DNA of 64,000 nt from Amphiscolops sp. MND2022 (Eukaryota): contig OZ076409.1 of NCBI GenBank assembly GCA_964187785.1, forward strand, positions 65,412,001-65,476,000, in the 5' to 3' direction. Below are positions 49,701 to 60,774 of this stretch, one piece after another. How positions within the stretch are numbered: the first letter of the stretch is position 1; every line of letters begins with the position of its first letter. Made by a program: the position numbers and the translations under genes. The notes beneath the pieces are model-generated. The model did no database searches. It was not told the DNA's origin and worked only from the letters and a program-made list of their open reading frames with translations.

Positions 49701-52700
49701 AAGTCTCGCAGTGCCGACAAAAATTGAAAGGGGACTCTTTGGTCTCGCCCGGTATGGTATGTTACGCGGAAAAACAGGTAAAACCATTTTGGTCCAGTTC
49801 GGTAGGCCAAATGGTGCAATTTGACACCGTAATATTTTGTAGAACTTTTAAGAACTATTTTGGTCAGTTCGTGTGGATAGAAAAAAAGTCACTATAATAG
49901 TCGCTTTTCACTTCATGAAGCGCCGACTAAAAAAAGAGAGTCACTATAATAGTAGCGTTTCACTACATGAAGCGCCGACTAAAAAGAGTCACTATAATAG
50001 TCGCCTTTCACTTCATGAAGCGCCGACTAAAAAAAGAGTCACTATAATAGTCGCGTTTCACTCCATGAAGCGCCGACTAAAAAGAGTCACTATAATAGTC
50101 GCCTTTCACTTCATGCAGCGTCGACTGAAAAAATAAATATTATATTTTCTTCGGAAGAAGCCGAAATCAGTTATGAAAGTGAGGGGGTTTGACCAAATGG
50201 AAGTTTTGAAAAAAAAGCGCAGATTCGAAGAAAAGCTGAAAAGGGTCTTTTCCACAATCATTGGAAAATTCATCAGATCCACAGGATCAAAAATTAACAA
50301 AGAAGACACTCTCAAGATTGGGAAAACTATTTGCTTTACATAAAACCTCAAAAACAAAAAATTTCATTTTTTTCACTTCGGTGAGTCGCATAAGGCAAAA
50401 AAACCTAAAGTGGTCATCTATGCTCGCAAAACATTTTGTTTCTGCTGAAAATCGATGGAGCGAAGAGGGCTGTGATAGTTGTCGCTAGAGGGACTACGAA
50501 TGTCTGTGTCCGTTCTAAAGTGTCCGAAACTGGGCTGGCCTCCTCCGCTTCCGCCAGGGGGTTTAGGTTTGAAAAAAAAATCAAAAAAGTTGCATAGAGC
50601 CAAAAAACCCAAAGGGGACCCTTTGGTCTTTCCTCTACTTTTGCAAGCATCAAAATTCGGTTTAGTGCGAGACTCGAACCCATGTACCCCTACTTCCACA
50701 ACATCAAGAAATCCGCGTTAACATCTGGGCCAAGTGGCGGTTAGCTGTTACTGAGTTACAGCTAAAACGGTAGCTCAATAATAGAATGCTTATATAAATC
50801 TGTCAGTTCGCTGGTCTTCAAAAAGCCACTGTTATAGTCGGGTCTTCTCTTCGAGAAGTGCCGGCTAGAAATGAATGATTTGAAAACATCCCGGTAACTT
50901 TTAGAGTTCAGAAAATTTCTCGGCATCGGATATTTTTCCAAAAAGAAATAAAAAAATTGGCTGCAGCACTCCAAATTCAGTTGTACGGAAATGCCATTTA
51001 TCGAAGGTAATTTCATTCCAATCAAGAAATTTCTACAAAGCGACTATAGAACGATTGGTTAAGTGGTAGATCAAAAAGCAGCACGGAACACTCACTTCAT
51101 CGGACAGACGTATGCGAAGAGGGCTGTGATAGTTGTCGCTAGAGGGACTACGAATCTCTGTGTCCGTTCTGAAGTGTCCGAAACTGGGCTGGCCTCCTCC
51201 GCTTCCGCCAGTTGGCGTTGATGACACTCCGTGAGTGTGGTTGCAGCCGAAGTTAAGAGCCAGATCTGAAACACGCCACAATATATTATGCAAGGTCGAA
51301 GAAACGTGAATAAATAAACGTGCTATGGGCTTCTTCAAATCATATCATTATCAACAGCAAAGAAAATTGACAAGACAAAGAAAAGGAAATATGACCTGAT
51401 TTGATACTAAATGCAGCCAACGCCACCAGCAAAATACTTGACAAAGCTAATTGGGTGCCTCACGAGTGAATTTTTAAATGGTAATTATAAAAATGTAACA
51501 AATCTGTCTCAAATTGGTAAAAATTCGAAAGAAAATTTGAGTTAAGAAACATCAAAATTTTGTCAGTCCATAAAGCTATTTTTCTGTAGGGCAAAGTAAT
51601 CAGAAAATGGTTGAAAGCAGAAGGTATTTGTTTCAAGTAAAATTTTTACTCAGCTTGAACTACTTGGCAAGATTTGGTTACAAAAGCTTTCACAGAAACG
51701 AAAATCTGGTATAGTACAGTAAAAAGCTACGATTCTATAAATAGGTAAAGCCGTGGGATTTTGGGGAAAAGGCTTTTAAATATCGCATAATGAATTTAAA
51801 AAACCGCTAGTCTCACAGCAAAGCGATAAAAGCTTTTAAGACAGATTGAAATAGAAACAGCACATTGTGCCAATTAGATAACCTCAGTTTAGAATTACGA
51901 AGAAAAACAACGAGAATACGGAGGAAAAAAAGAGGCTTTAGTGCATTGTTTTAAAACACGAAAGCATTCTCAAAGTTGTAGAAAGTTGTTGGCAGTTCAC
52001 GGCACAAGCTTAGTAATGAAAACACATTTGTACTTTTGCAGAGGAGTTGCTTCAAAAAAATCAGCTGGAGACATTAAAAGCAACAGTAAAAAACTGAAAT
52101 TTTCAAACACACGCGAAATATGGATTGCATAGCTGTCATATATTCAGCACAGAAAACAATCATATTCAAAAAGCCATCAACTGATGAAATTACCAAAAAT
52201 GCCATGCTTTACTAATAAACAACCTACCAAGTTTTGAAAACTTTTCATCCAAATCGAACATGATCTTCGGAATCGGCGCACGATTGCACTGAGATGTCAT
52301 TTTTAGAGGTTAAAATTAAAACATGACAATTGAAAAATAATCTGTCTCAATTTAAATTTAGAACGATGAATTCAGAACAAGTCAGCGCCCCGCTTAAGAC
52401 TCAAAAAAGCAAATTCTCATAGATATGGTCGAGAATAACTATTGAGAAAACTTTAGTCCATCTCACAGTGCCGAAAAATACCTGAATGAGGCACCCTTGA
52501 GACTCAAAAAGTACTTTTCCTCAACTGAAAGCAACAAAGTCACAAATCGACGAAAGGACCCTTTAAGCATGAAAAGAACTTTTTCTGACAAAAATATTCT
52601 ACAAATTTGAGGGTCAAAAACTCTGATGAAATGAAAAATTTGTTTCTGAGAAAAGTGGCACTGTGCCGAAAAAACTTGCCGACCGGTTTTCCCCAGCGAC

Positions 52701-55700
52701 TAAAAACAGTATCTCAACATTGCTACTTGTGTTTGCAACTAATTCACGGAAGTTGCTTTTTCGGCTTTGTGTGAGCACATTTTCGCTTAAACAAGCCAAG
52801 GGCTTTTCTCTGAATAAATTCCCTTTTCTTGACTAGTTGGACTACATGCAACAAGCATTGGATCCGGTTTCACATTTACACTTTAGCTTTGTCAAACCTT
52901 AACATTCTGTTCTGAATAAACTTCAAAGGAGTCAAAATGTAACCTGCACTGTTAGCAGTGAGAAAAGACATGGTTTTGGACTTGGCCAAAGAAGGTGGCT
53001 GTAACAGGTCAACTGAGCTTCTTTTGGTAGCCTGTGATCCAGTGCTGCTCGAGCCAGATCCCCCAGAACTGGCCAGAAATGCAGGGGGGCCTCCGAACAG
53101 GGGACTGGAGCCACAGTTGTTCAAGACGGCGGTACCCACTCCCGGGGGTAGACCTCCAGAGGACAGGGTGGCCAACAAGTGCTGCTTGTTGGCAGCCGCA
53201 GCCGCCACCGCTATTTGTGATTGTAGAGCAGCGGCAGCCAATCTGTTCAAATTAAGAAACGCTATAAACACACAGAATAAATACATAAAAGGTCCCACAA
53301 ACGGCCAATCATATGCTTTACATTAGCAACTGTCAGGTTGAGAAGAATCAGGGAGCAACTAAAAATTTTTAAGAACACCAAGTTTGTGTTTTTGTATCCA
53401 TGCTACGAAACGCATTAGTTCACATGTCGGGAATGGCCAAGCTGGGAACGGCCCAAGTCGGCGCCAGGCTCAAGGTTCAGAGTAGTTATAAATATACAAA
53501 GCGACACTATTGTGAAAAAAATTTCAAATTTACAATGCCAAAAATACCCGAAAGATCAAAACTCCAACTTTTGCAAAATGGAATCATTTGGAAAATGTCT
53601 CATAGTGCCGAAAAACCCAAAAAGCAGATGAACAATTTTTTCGAAAAATTTGCATAATGCCAAAAAGAACAAAGGTGGACCCTTTGAATTCCCATCTACT
53701 TTTGAAAGCATAAAAATTTTGGTCCAGCACAGGATTCGAAATCATGTACACCTGATTCCCACCAACTGTCACAACCGCGGTAACAACTAGGTCAAAAGGT
53801 GTGAGAAAGTTAGCAAGGTCACAAGTTTAAAAAAAATATATAAAATGTGTCAGTTCGGAAAGAAATCCACTAATCTAGTCTGTGTTTTCAATCGAAAGTG
53901 CTGACTAGAAACATGGGGTGCGTAGGTTTTCAATCGGAGTTGAAAACGTTTTAAGCTTTCATTGAATGAAGAGCGCTTAAGAACATCTGGTACAAATAGC
54001 AAACCCGGACGAATTATGGACCACGATTTCTACCTTTATGTGCTTAAAACACCAAGAAACTCAGATGATTCTCATCAGAGCGATAACAGCTAATTTTTCA
54101 AAAATGCTAGCAAAAAACAGTAAGTTGAAGTATTAAAAGATTTCACGAGTTTGCAACATCAGAAGAGGTGATAATCTGCAACAAACCTGTTAGCATGGGC
54201 GGCACCTGCGCCATGAAGATTCTGTAGAGGTGGACCTGAGACGGTGGCGCCTCCCGAGGATGGATGTCCCAAGGGGTGTTCCTCGATGGTGGAGTAGGCC
54301 CGGCCCTGCTCGAGCAAACTCTGTTGCTGCTGTTGTTGATTATGATGGTGGTGGGTGTGCAGTTTCAATTTGCTTCTCAGCATCTTCAAGTTTGGTTCTG
54401 AATCTGAAACAGAAGCAACAAAATTTTATTCCTTCACAAAAACTTTTTTTTTTAAACGAATATGCCAAGTTGCCCCTTGTTTAGCGTTATGGTAGATGTT
54501 TTTTCTCTGTAAAATGCAACAGCTTCAATAAATTTGACTCAAATCCACTTTACGGAAGAGGGTTTTTGAAAAAAATGAACTCTTGTACTTCTCACAACAG
54601 CATTCCAAATCTAAAACTCAATGAACAAGACAGGATCGTCTAAAGTCGGCGCCCCAGTGAAGGCTAAAAAAGCGCTAAGTCTTTTGATTATGCTCAATTA
54701 TGCACAGAGGTGGCTGTCAAAAACGTTCTGGAAAATCGCAGGGCTTTTTAAATTAAAAAAAGTGGCACAGTGCCAAAATACCTCAAGCTCAACCCTCGGA
54801 GCTCAAAAAAACGTTTCTCCTAACTGAAAAGATTAGAAAACACGAAGGGGCGACCCTTTGACGAAACGAAAGAAAAATCTAGAAAAATCGCACAGTGCCA
54901 AAAAACCAAACACAAATCGGGATTTTCCTCGGCCTCGTTTACATTTGCGCTGGATTCGAACCCACGAACTCCTGCTTCCTCGTAATGTGCGCTAAACACT
55001 AGGCCAAAAAGAAAACCTTTTAATCCGGTGGCTACTCAATAACATTTTCTGGTTCATCCACTATGCTGGCGTTATCCGTGACCTAGTTTCACCCGAGGGC
55101 ACTGAAATAGAGCCAGCATATTCAAGTAAATTTAATTACATATCTTAATATACGTTACCTGTAGCTTATATTCACTCATGAAAGCTTCACTCTCTGCATT
55201 ATACGTTCATCTTCATTTTTTATTCCATTCAGTTCATTGCCTCCACGGAAGTATACTCACATGTTTTGCGAAGAGGCTCCTTGGCACAATCCAATTGCAC
55301 TGCTTCTGTATCGGTGGCATCTTTGTGAGTTGCTGTGATACCATAACTATTGCTCCTGAAATAAACGCATAAAATAATGAAATCAACCAACAAATAAGTC
55401 AGTGCAACTCATTCCATATCCACTTCAGTGGACAAAGTTTGAGTAAATTAAAACAAGACAGAATTTTTAGAAAATGTCGATTAACAATAATTTTCATCTT
55501 TAATAAAATGAAATACGGGTAGAAAAGAGCTATATGAAATCCGTTTTAGATTTTCTATTGTAAAAGCTTGGAATTTCCTTGCCTGGTGAGATTTTCTTAC
55601 AAGATCTTGCAAGTCGGCTGTCAAAATAATGCATTGTCGCGAAAGATCTTGCAGAAGAAAACTTGCCAGAATCTTACCCAAAACATTTGAAAGCTAAACT

Positions 55701-58700
55701 TGGGTTGGCTAATTATTTGACTCCCCTTTACATAAAAATTTCTTATGTAGTCTCGCAAACATCCACTCTCCTTACTTGGACAACCATAGTTCATGGAAAA
55801 CCTTGCATGGCATTTTCACCCCCCAGAATTGACAATTTCATATGACCATTTTCAATTACCTACCCTTTCAACCATAAAATTTACGGAACTCTACTCTTCC
55901 AAGCATACTTATGGAGCCTTCGACATCATTTAATACGACAGTATCAACTTCATTTTCAAACCGAGGCGATGAAAGCCGTCATGTTAACTGGCGATTAGCA
56001 AATCATTGATTCGCTGCCTTGAAGGAAAAATTGAACATTGGAGTTTAAAAAGAGATTTTCGAAGTGTTTTGCCAATGGCACTAAAACCTGCTTGGTATGA
56101 TTAATAATGTACATAATCACTAGCGCTTTTCCATAAAGATAAGACAGTTTAAACTACCTGCTTACGTCACAATTCTGCTGCTTCGCTGCTATAAAAAACC
56201 GTAGGAGGGATTTAAATTTATTTTTACATGACACAGCAATCAAGTACCCGTTCACAAGTACGTTTTCCGTTTTGAACAAAAAAAGTTGATGAGAACATCT
56301 TGAATAAAAACCCGTGGTCTCCGGAGATCTACATGAAAGGCCACAATTAAGGTTGTTATTTTCAGGAGGCGTTATCCGTGCAGCTGTTATTTTCTAGGAT
56401 ACAAATCCATGATCAAATGATGAAAATGCGGATCGAGAGTCATTTAGGGCTTTCTTATATTTCATCTTTCTTTATTTTGCCTCGAGCAATTCATTTTTGC
56501 GTTCTAACAAATGGAATGATTATCAAACCCAGCCTCCTGTTATCAATAACAAAAAAAACATTTTGAAATAACACATTATTTATAACACAAAAAGTGTAGA
56601 AGGTATTTTGGTGCTCCAACACTTTCTCGTACATTTTCTAAGGGCAGGTGCCATTTTTAGTCGGCGCTTCATGAAGTGAAACGCGACTATTATAGTGACT
56701 TTTTTTCTATCCACACGAACTGACCAAAATAGTTCTTAAAAGTTCTACAAAATATTATGGTGTCAAATTGCACCATTTGGCCTAGCGAACTGGACCAAAA
56801 TGGTTTTACCTGTTTTTCCGCGTAACATACCATACCGGGCGAGACCAAAGAGTCCCCCCTTTCAATTTTTTTCGGCACTGCGAGACATTTTTTTTCGGAT
56901 TTTTTTTTCGAATTTTTTTTCCTCAAAGGGTCCCCCTGCATTTTTTTGATGTTTTGCGACAGAATGGATGTTGGAAAATCCCAAAGGGTTCCTCCTTTCA
57001 GTTTTTTTTCGGCATTGTGAGATTTTTTTCCGAAAATAAAAAAAATATTTTTCTTCAATTTTTTCATGTTTTGCGACAGAATGGATGTTGAAAAACCTCA
57101 AAGGGTCCCCCCTTTCAGTTTTTCGGCATTGTGAGACGTTAGCGCGCCACTCGGTCCATTTTTTTAGTATGTAATTTGTTCAAAAAAAAATTTCGAAAAA
57201 TTTTTGATTTTCGACTACTGTAAAAGAATACTTGACACTTGGAAGTCTTTTTGCTATTTTTGAGCCTTGGATATGGCGCCGACTTGGGCCGGTCCCGCTT
57301 GTTTGAAAATTTCAGTGGCTTCGAAAATTTCACAAATTTTTCGAATTTTTAGAATTTACTATGATAAATTCAACACTAGGCTTTGAGCACACAATACCTG
57401 GCTTTACAATTTTTGAGTTCCGATAAAAACTTAAAAAGGGACATTTAATTATTGTTGCTAAAAGGGACACTGTTATTGTTGCTATTTTTTCAAACATTGC
57501 ATAAGCATATCGATCAATTCGTTCAATTTGACCCCACACTGACATAGGTAGGCTCACCGACATTGTTCAGCTTTACTTCCCTTTCCGTATTCACTTTGAA
57601 GTTGTTCCCCAAACTACCAGAAAAGGAGCATCATAAATTTGAACGGTAAATTTGCGAAAAAACGATGCTTTCAATTATCTAATTTTAACGATATAAGATC
57701 ATGCACACGAAATTAGGGATGTACGGCATGTGAATAAAAGATATCCAAATACACGATCGTGTTTACGGAACTCGTGGATTTTTAACCTGCCGCCGTTAGT
57801 TTAAAGAATTCAATTCCAATACCAATATAAACTAGACAATTATTCATCAAACTGTTCAGCATCAAAATTAACTAGCTGGGAACGGTATAAATTGGCACAC
57901 CACTTAAGGCGGAAAAAGCAAAGTCTCAAATATGCTCCGTGGCTGTTTTTGAATAAAATCTAAAGGTGCAGAAAAATTTTTTTAACGGGACCCCTTCAAG
58001 CTTTAAAAAAGCCTTTTCATAATTGCGATCATGAATAAAAAAATCACTAAAGGAGCCTTTGGTGATTCATTTCTCCCCGAAAAAGAAATTCGCAGTGCCA
58101 AAAAGCAACGATGGGAATCCTTTGAATGGCTTTCTATATATTAACCGATGTTGTGTATTTTTTGTCACAGAGGAGTAAAAGAATAACTTCACTACTAGAG
58201 GAGTTTCGAAGGTACATAAGCCTTTTCAACGTTTCGACACAGCTGACTGAAGAGCTAATACTTGTGTTATTCAAAAATGTTGAAGCTGAAATGCTACAAG
58301 CATATCCGGAGAAACGTTTGATTCTAGGAATCGAACCTTTTCATCTGCTAATATGAACTTCGTTGGCAGTCATGGATGATGGCCATGCAAAGACCGAGAT
58401 ATTATCCATTCAAATATTTTATAGAGAAACAAAAGAAAAATCCTTAATGAATCGTCTTTTTCGTGTTCTTTTCTAAGAGTCAAGAAGTAAACAAATTACT
58501 TATGTCAACATCCCAGAATCCATGGGTTGTATTGAACTCACTTCAAATAACATCGATTTTAGTCGACTTAGGAAGTTTTAAATCTCGAAGTAGTAGTAAT
58601 AAAAAATATTGAAAGAAATGGAAATGTTTTTAGTTAACCCGAAAAAGTAATCAATATCCTGAATATTATTCTGACAAGGCATCAATTGAGTCTCCTGATA

Positions 58701-60774
58701 GATCCAAAACTACTGGATAAATGATTACATTATCATTAGACAAAGAAACTCAGAGGGCAATGAATAACTTGAAACACTTTTGACAATTTCTTTCAGAAGA
58801 CATGGTGCAAAGGCAATAGGTGCTAAACCTAAAACTTCCCGATTTCAACAGAAGCACTCTAACAGTTGGGTAGCGAAAAGGGTACTCACAATGTAAGACA
58901 TCGTTTCGGCTGCTGCTGTTCCATGTTGTGATCCGCCATTACCCCAAAGTAGTTGGAGTTGTTGGACGGCGTGACAGCAGCTGCTAAGGGGTTAATTTGA
59001 TTGTGACGTTGTTGGGCTGCAGCCACCAGGCGCGAGTGGTGAGAGGATGCGGCTCCCAGGGAAGAGCCCAGACTGCCTGAGGAGGAGAGAGCGGCTGATA
59101 TGGGGTGAAGCAGGTAGGAAGACGACATGGGAGCCCCAGTGCCATTGCCCGCACCCGTACCACTATTCTGATGCGACGACAGCTGATGTTGAAGTGACCT
59201 TTGCTGCAACGACCAAAACAAGCATGATAGGACAGACTCCAAAGTTACTCTCGAGATGAGATCCTACTTGAGCAGCTCTAATACTCAGAAATAAGGTCTC
59301 TAATACTACTGAGACTGAATCAAAAACAACTCATGTTTGCATTGAATTCCACGTACGGCGAAATGAAACAGATGAAAACTTCGGTAAAAATATCAAGTCA
59401 TCTTTTACAATGACTCCAATGGTTTTAGATAATGTTTGTAAGATGATCATGAGAATCTTACATCTCTGTGTGGCGGAGAGTGGTGTGCAGAGGAGCTATT
59501 GCTGCTTGGTGAGGTCTGCAGAGACTGCGAGGTGGCCACGTGGTGCGGGTTCAGCTTCGAGTTCATAGCCAGAACGGCATTGGCAGAAAACCGTTTGCTC
59601 AGAATGTGTCGCTGCAACGTGCTCTTAACTTCACTGGAAGCGTTAGCGCCTAGATATGAATGAAAGTATTACTTTTTTGTAATCAAGACATTTAGAGATT
59701 AGCGAATGTAGTATTTTATGAAGGATTTGATTGCTAATTTTAAGCCAGTTTCCACCATTTCTATCTCAAATGACTCAACTAAAAGATGCACAATTCTATT
59801 CTTAGAGTCATTATGATAATCTATATTAATTTTCAGAACATTGCTAAAATTTAGTTCTTCTTACTGTAGCAACTTTTTTCGGATGATGACGCAGTTGCAG
59901 CCTTAGTTGTGGGTCCACTCACAGACCTCAGTAGCTCGTATCTTCCACTGCTGAAGGCGGGAGAGTTTCCAGCTACCACATTACGCCCCGACAAATCCTT
60001 ACCGACTCTTTCCACAGCAGCATATGCAGAATTGGCAGCGGCGATTTCGTGGAACAACTTTCCACACGAGGAGGGCTGGGAGATATTTCCGCCGCCGAAC
60101 CTTGCGGCATTGGCACCTGCGAGCGTAGAACCCTGAGGAAGGCCACCTCCGCTGCCAGTTGCTGCACGAGAGAATATTGCACTGTTCATTGATGAAGATA
60201 TGACCACATCTGCACTGCTGCTCTTGAGGATGTTTCCAGCGCCCGTAAGAGGCGATTTCACTCTTAGATGAGATCCGGAGATGTACGACTGCGGAGAAGT
60301 TGACGCAGAGAGTGAGTTTTGACTGCTGCTGTTTTTACTGGCGATGACAGATGGTGACGTAACACTACTGTTCATGCTGCATGGTGGAATGTTGCCGGAT
60401 GAATAGAAGCTTTCGCTAATAACCTGAATGTCTTCCATGTCAGACTCGCCCTCGCAAATATTCGAATCCATATATTGAGAGGTTGCAGCTGTTGTATCGG
60501 AGGAGGATGAAACTCCGCCCCTGAGTGCGTCGGCTGCTCGGTTGGTTGAAGACCTTCCTCCGCCCGCTGATTCTCCGGTAGCTGCATTTCGTTTGAACTT
60601 CTCCTCCTGTTCGAAGGCATATTCCTCCACCTCCTGTTCCTCCATGTCTTCCCTCTCTTTGTTTTCCTCCAAACTGCAGTCGTCGACGATGCAATTGCTA
60701 GAGAATGTTCCATCAGACCGCGTCACATGAACAGTGGAGTGCGGCTGGGCCTCCCCATCTGTCGAAAACTCCAT
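37669..60774 (-). CDS. HDAC4: Class IIa histone deacetylase (HDAC4/5/7/9 orthologue), 19 coding exons, ~2059 aa
   Basis: Manual join (minus): 60774-59865, 59649-59462, 59203-58890, 55355-55261, 54403-54187, 53242-52944, 51265-51096, 48987-48384, 48044-47809, 46946-46358, 45983-45298, 44553-44457, 43998-43865, 43786-43737, 43030-42773, 42509-42422, 42052-41716, 40048-39265, 37792-37669. Total 6180 nt, all phases compatible. Motifs: [18 protein letters not shown] (MEF2-binding), PLRKTYSEPNLK (14-3-3), [50 protein letters not shown]. Further upstream exon(s) are possible. Confidence 0.93.
39265..40048 (-). CDS. HDAC4: HDAC IIa exon 18
   Basis: [27 protein letters not shown]...; ends AA|GTGAGT (read-through would stop at 39261). 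Confidence 0.9.
41716..42052 (-). CDS. HDAC4: HDAC IIa exon 17
   Basis: DVHHGNGT...[15 protein letters not shown]...VLVSAGFDA...LGGY. Confidence 0.95.
42422..42509 (-). CDS. HDAC4: HDAC IIa exon 16
   Basis: [29 protein letters not shown]. Confidence 0.95.
42773..43030 (-). CDS. HDAC4: HDAC IIa exon 15
   Basis: LPCGGVGVD...[14 protein letters not shown]. Confidence 0.95.
43100..43617 (+). mobile_element. Diverged copy of the Helentron/DINE-1-like repeat (HDAC intron 14)
   Basis: ttcggcac(t/a)(g/a)tgcgac motifs and terminus ggcgccaacttgggccgttgccggctcgtttt. Confidence 0.6.
43737..43786 (-). CDS. HDAC4: HDAC IIa exon 14 (50 bp)
   Basis: [16 protein letters not shown] matches the conserved GRKATLEELQTVH segment; gcag| ... 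AA|GTAAGT. Confidence 0.92.
43865..43998 (-). CDS. HDAC4: HDAC IIa exon 13 (structural Zn ligands CTC...H)
   Basis: [35 protein letters not shown]...HCR. Confidence 0.92.
44457..44553 (-). CDS. HDAC4: HDAC IIa exon 12 (GC donor)
   Basis: ttttcag|AAC ... ACA G|GCAAGT; restores TGLGY with the next exon. Confidence 0.8.
45298..45983 (-). CDS. HDAC4: HDAC IIa exon 11
   Basis: cttcag|GT CCT ... TCT|GTTAGT. Confidence 0.82.
46358..46946 (-). CDS. HDAC4: HDAC IIa exon 10
   Basis: ttgcag|GGT AAT ... AAA G|GTGAGC. Confidence 0.85.
47809..48044 (-). CDS. HDAC4: HDAC IIa exon 9
   Basis: gttcag|GT ACC ... CTG|GTAAGT; contains LHRHLSESS. Confidence 0.85.
48146..48320. mobile_element. Small TA-flanked Tc1/mariner (pogo/Tigger-like) MITE
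   Basis: TActgtcaactc...ttcg versus cgaattaagcagattcaactgTA; weak TIRs. Confidence 0.4.
48384..48987 (-). CDS. HDAC4: HDAC IIa exon 8
   Basis: tttttcag|AGC ... CAA G|GTTAAA; overlaps ORF 48379..48948. Confidence 0.85.
49225..50132 (-). mobile_element. Well-preserved Helentron/DINE-1-like repeat with internal tandem subunits and a 5x iterated terminal hairpin
   Basis: Terminus acaagccgggaccggcccaagtcggcgcc; internal aagggggacccttt subunits; five copies of gtcactataatagtcgc.tttcacttcatgaagcgccgact. Confidence 0.85.
50133..50870 (-). mobile_element. Older subfamily copy of the same repeat, containing an HDAC exon fragment and a tRNA-like module
   Basis: aaaggggacccttt motif, gagactcgaacccat B-box-like segment, and terminal gccactgttatagtcggg...gtgccggctag hairpin. 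Confidence 0.65.
51096..51265 (-). CDS. HDAC4: HDAC IIa exon 7
   Basis: tttcag|AT CTG ... GAA|GTGAGT; needed to bridge phase 1 to phase 0. Confidence 0.82.
52944..53242 (-). CDS. HDAC4: HDAC IIa exon 6
   Basis: gaacag|A TTG GCT ... GCA G|GTTACA; Ala/Gly/Ser-rich. Confidence 0.8.
54187..54403 (-). CDS. HDAC4: HDAC IIa exon 5 (starts [14 protein letters not shown])
   Basis: tttcag|AT TCA GAA CCA AAC; donor AG|GTTTGT. Confidence 0.88.
55261..55355 (-). CDS. HDAC4: HDAC IIa exon 4 (ends PLRKT)
   Basis: tttcag|G ... ACA T|GTGAGT; first half of the 14-3-3 motif. Confidence 0.9.
56654..57304 (+). mobile_element. Young copy of the Helentron/DINE-1-like repeat (HDAC intron 3)
   Basis: tttttagtcggcgcttcatgaagtgaaacgcgact ... 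ggcgccgacttgggccggtcccgcttgttt; closely similar reverse complement of 61983..62624. Confidence 0.88.
58890..59203 (-). CDS. HDAC4: HDAC IIa exon 3
   Basis: ttgcag|CAA ... TT|GTGAGT; phases 0/2 fit neighbours. Confidence 0.85.
59462..59649 (-). CDS. HDAC4: HDAC IIa exon 2 (MEF2-binding motif)
   Basis: [20 protein letters not shown]; ctag| ... GAT|GTAAGA. Confidence 0.9.
59865..60774 (-). CDS. HDAC4: HDAC IIa coding exon 1 (acidic/Ser-rich N-terminus)
   Basis: Acceptor tttag|TGGG-ATG (exon starts 60778); donor A|GTAAGA; open frame. Confidence 0.8.

Larger units (their letters stand above)
52377..55020 (-). mobile_element. Three further diverged copies of the repeat in HDAC introns (~52377..52705, ~53436..53910, ~54624..55020)
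   Basis: Each begins with an (a)agtc(g/a)gcgcc...aag(g/a)ct(c/a)aa variant and carries cacagtgcc(g/a)aaaa and gacccttt motifs. Confidence 0.6.

Noticed and set aside
49887..50132. CRISPR-like array of palindromic repeats
   Set aside because: Units abut with only A-runs and no unique spacers; they are the terminus of an interspersed element in a eukaryotic intron, and there are no cas genes.
54948..55005. Functional tRNA gene
   Set aside because: A/B boxes are present but there is no acceptor stem or regular anticodon arm, and it sits within a repeat; reported only as a tRNA-like module.
55159..55260. Extension of HDAC exon 4 to the donor-like CTACAG|GTAACG
   Set aside because: Read-through meets an in-frame TGA and would split the RKTYSEP motif.
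59985..60010. CtBP-binding PxDLS motif in HDAC exon 1 (GKDLS)
   Set aside because: It lacks the defining proline.
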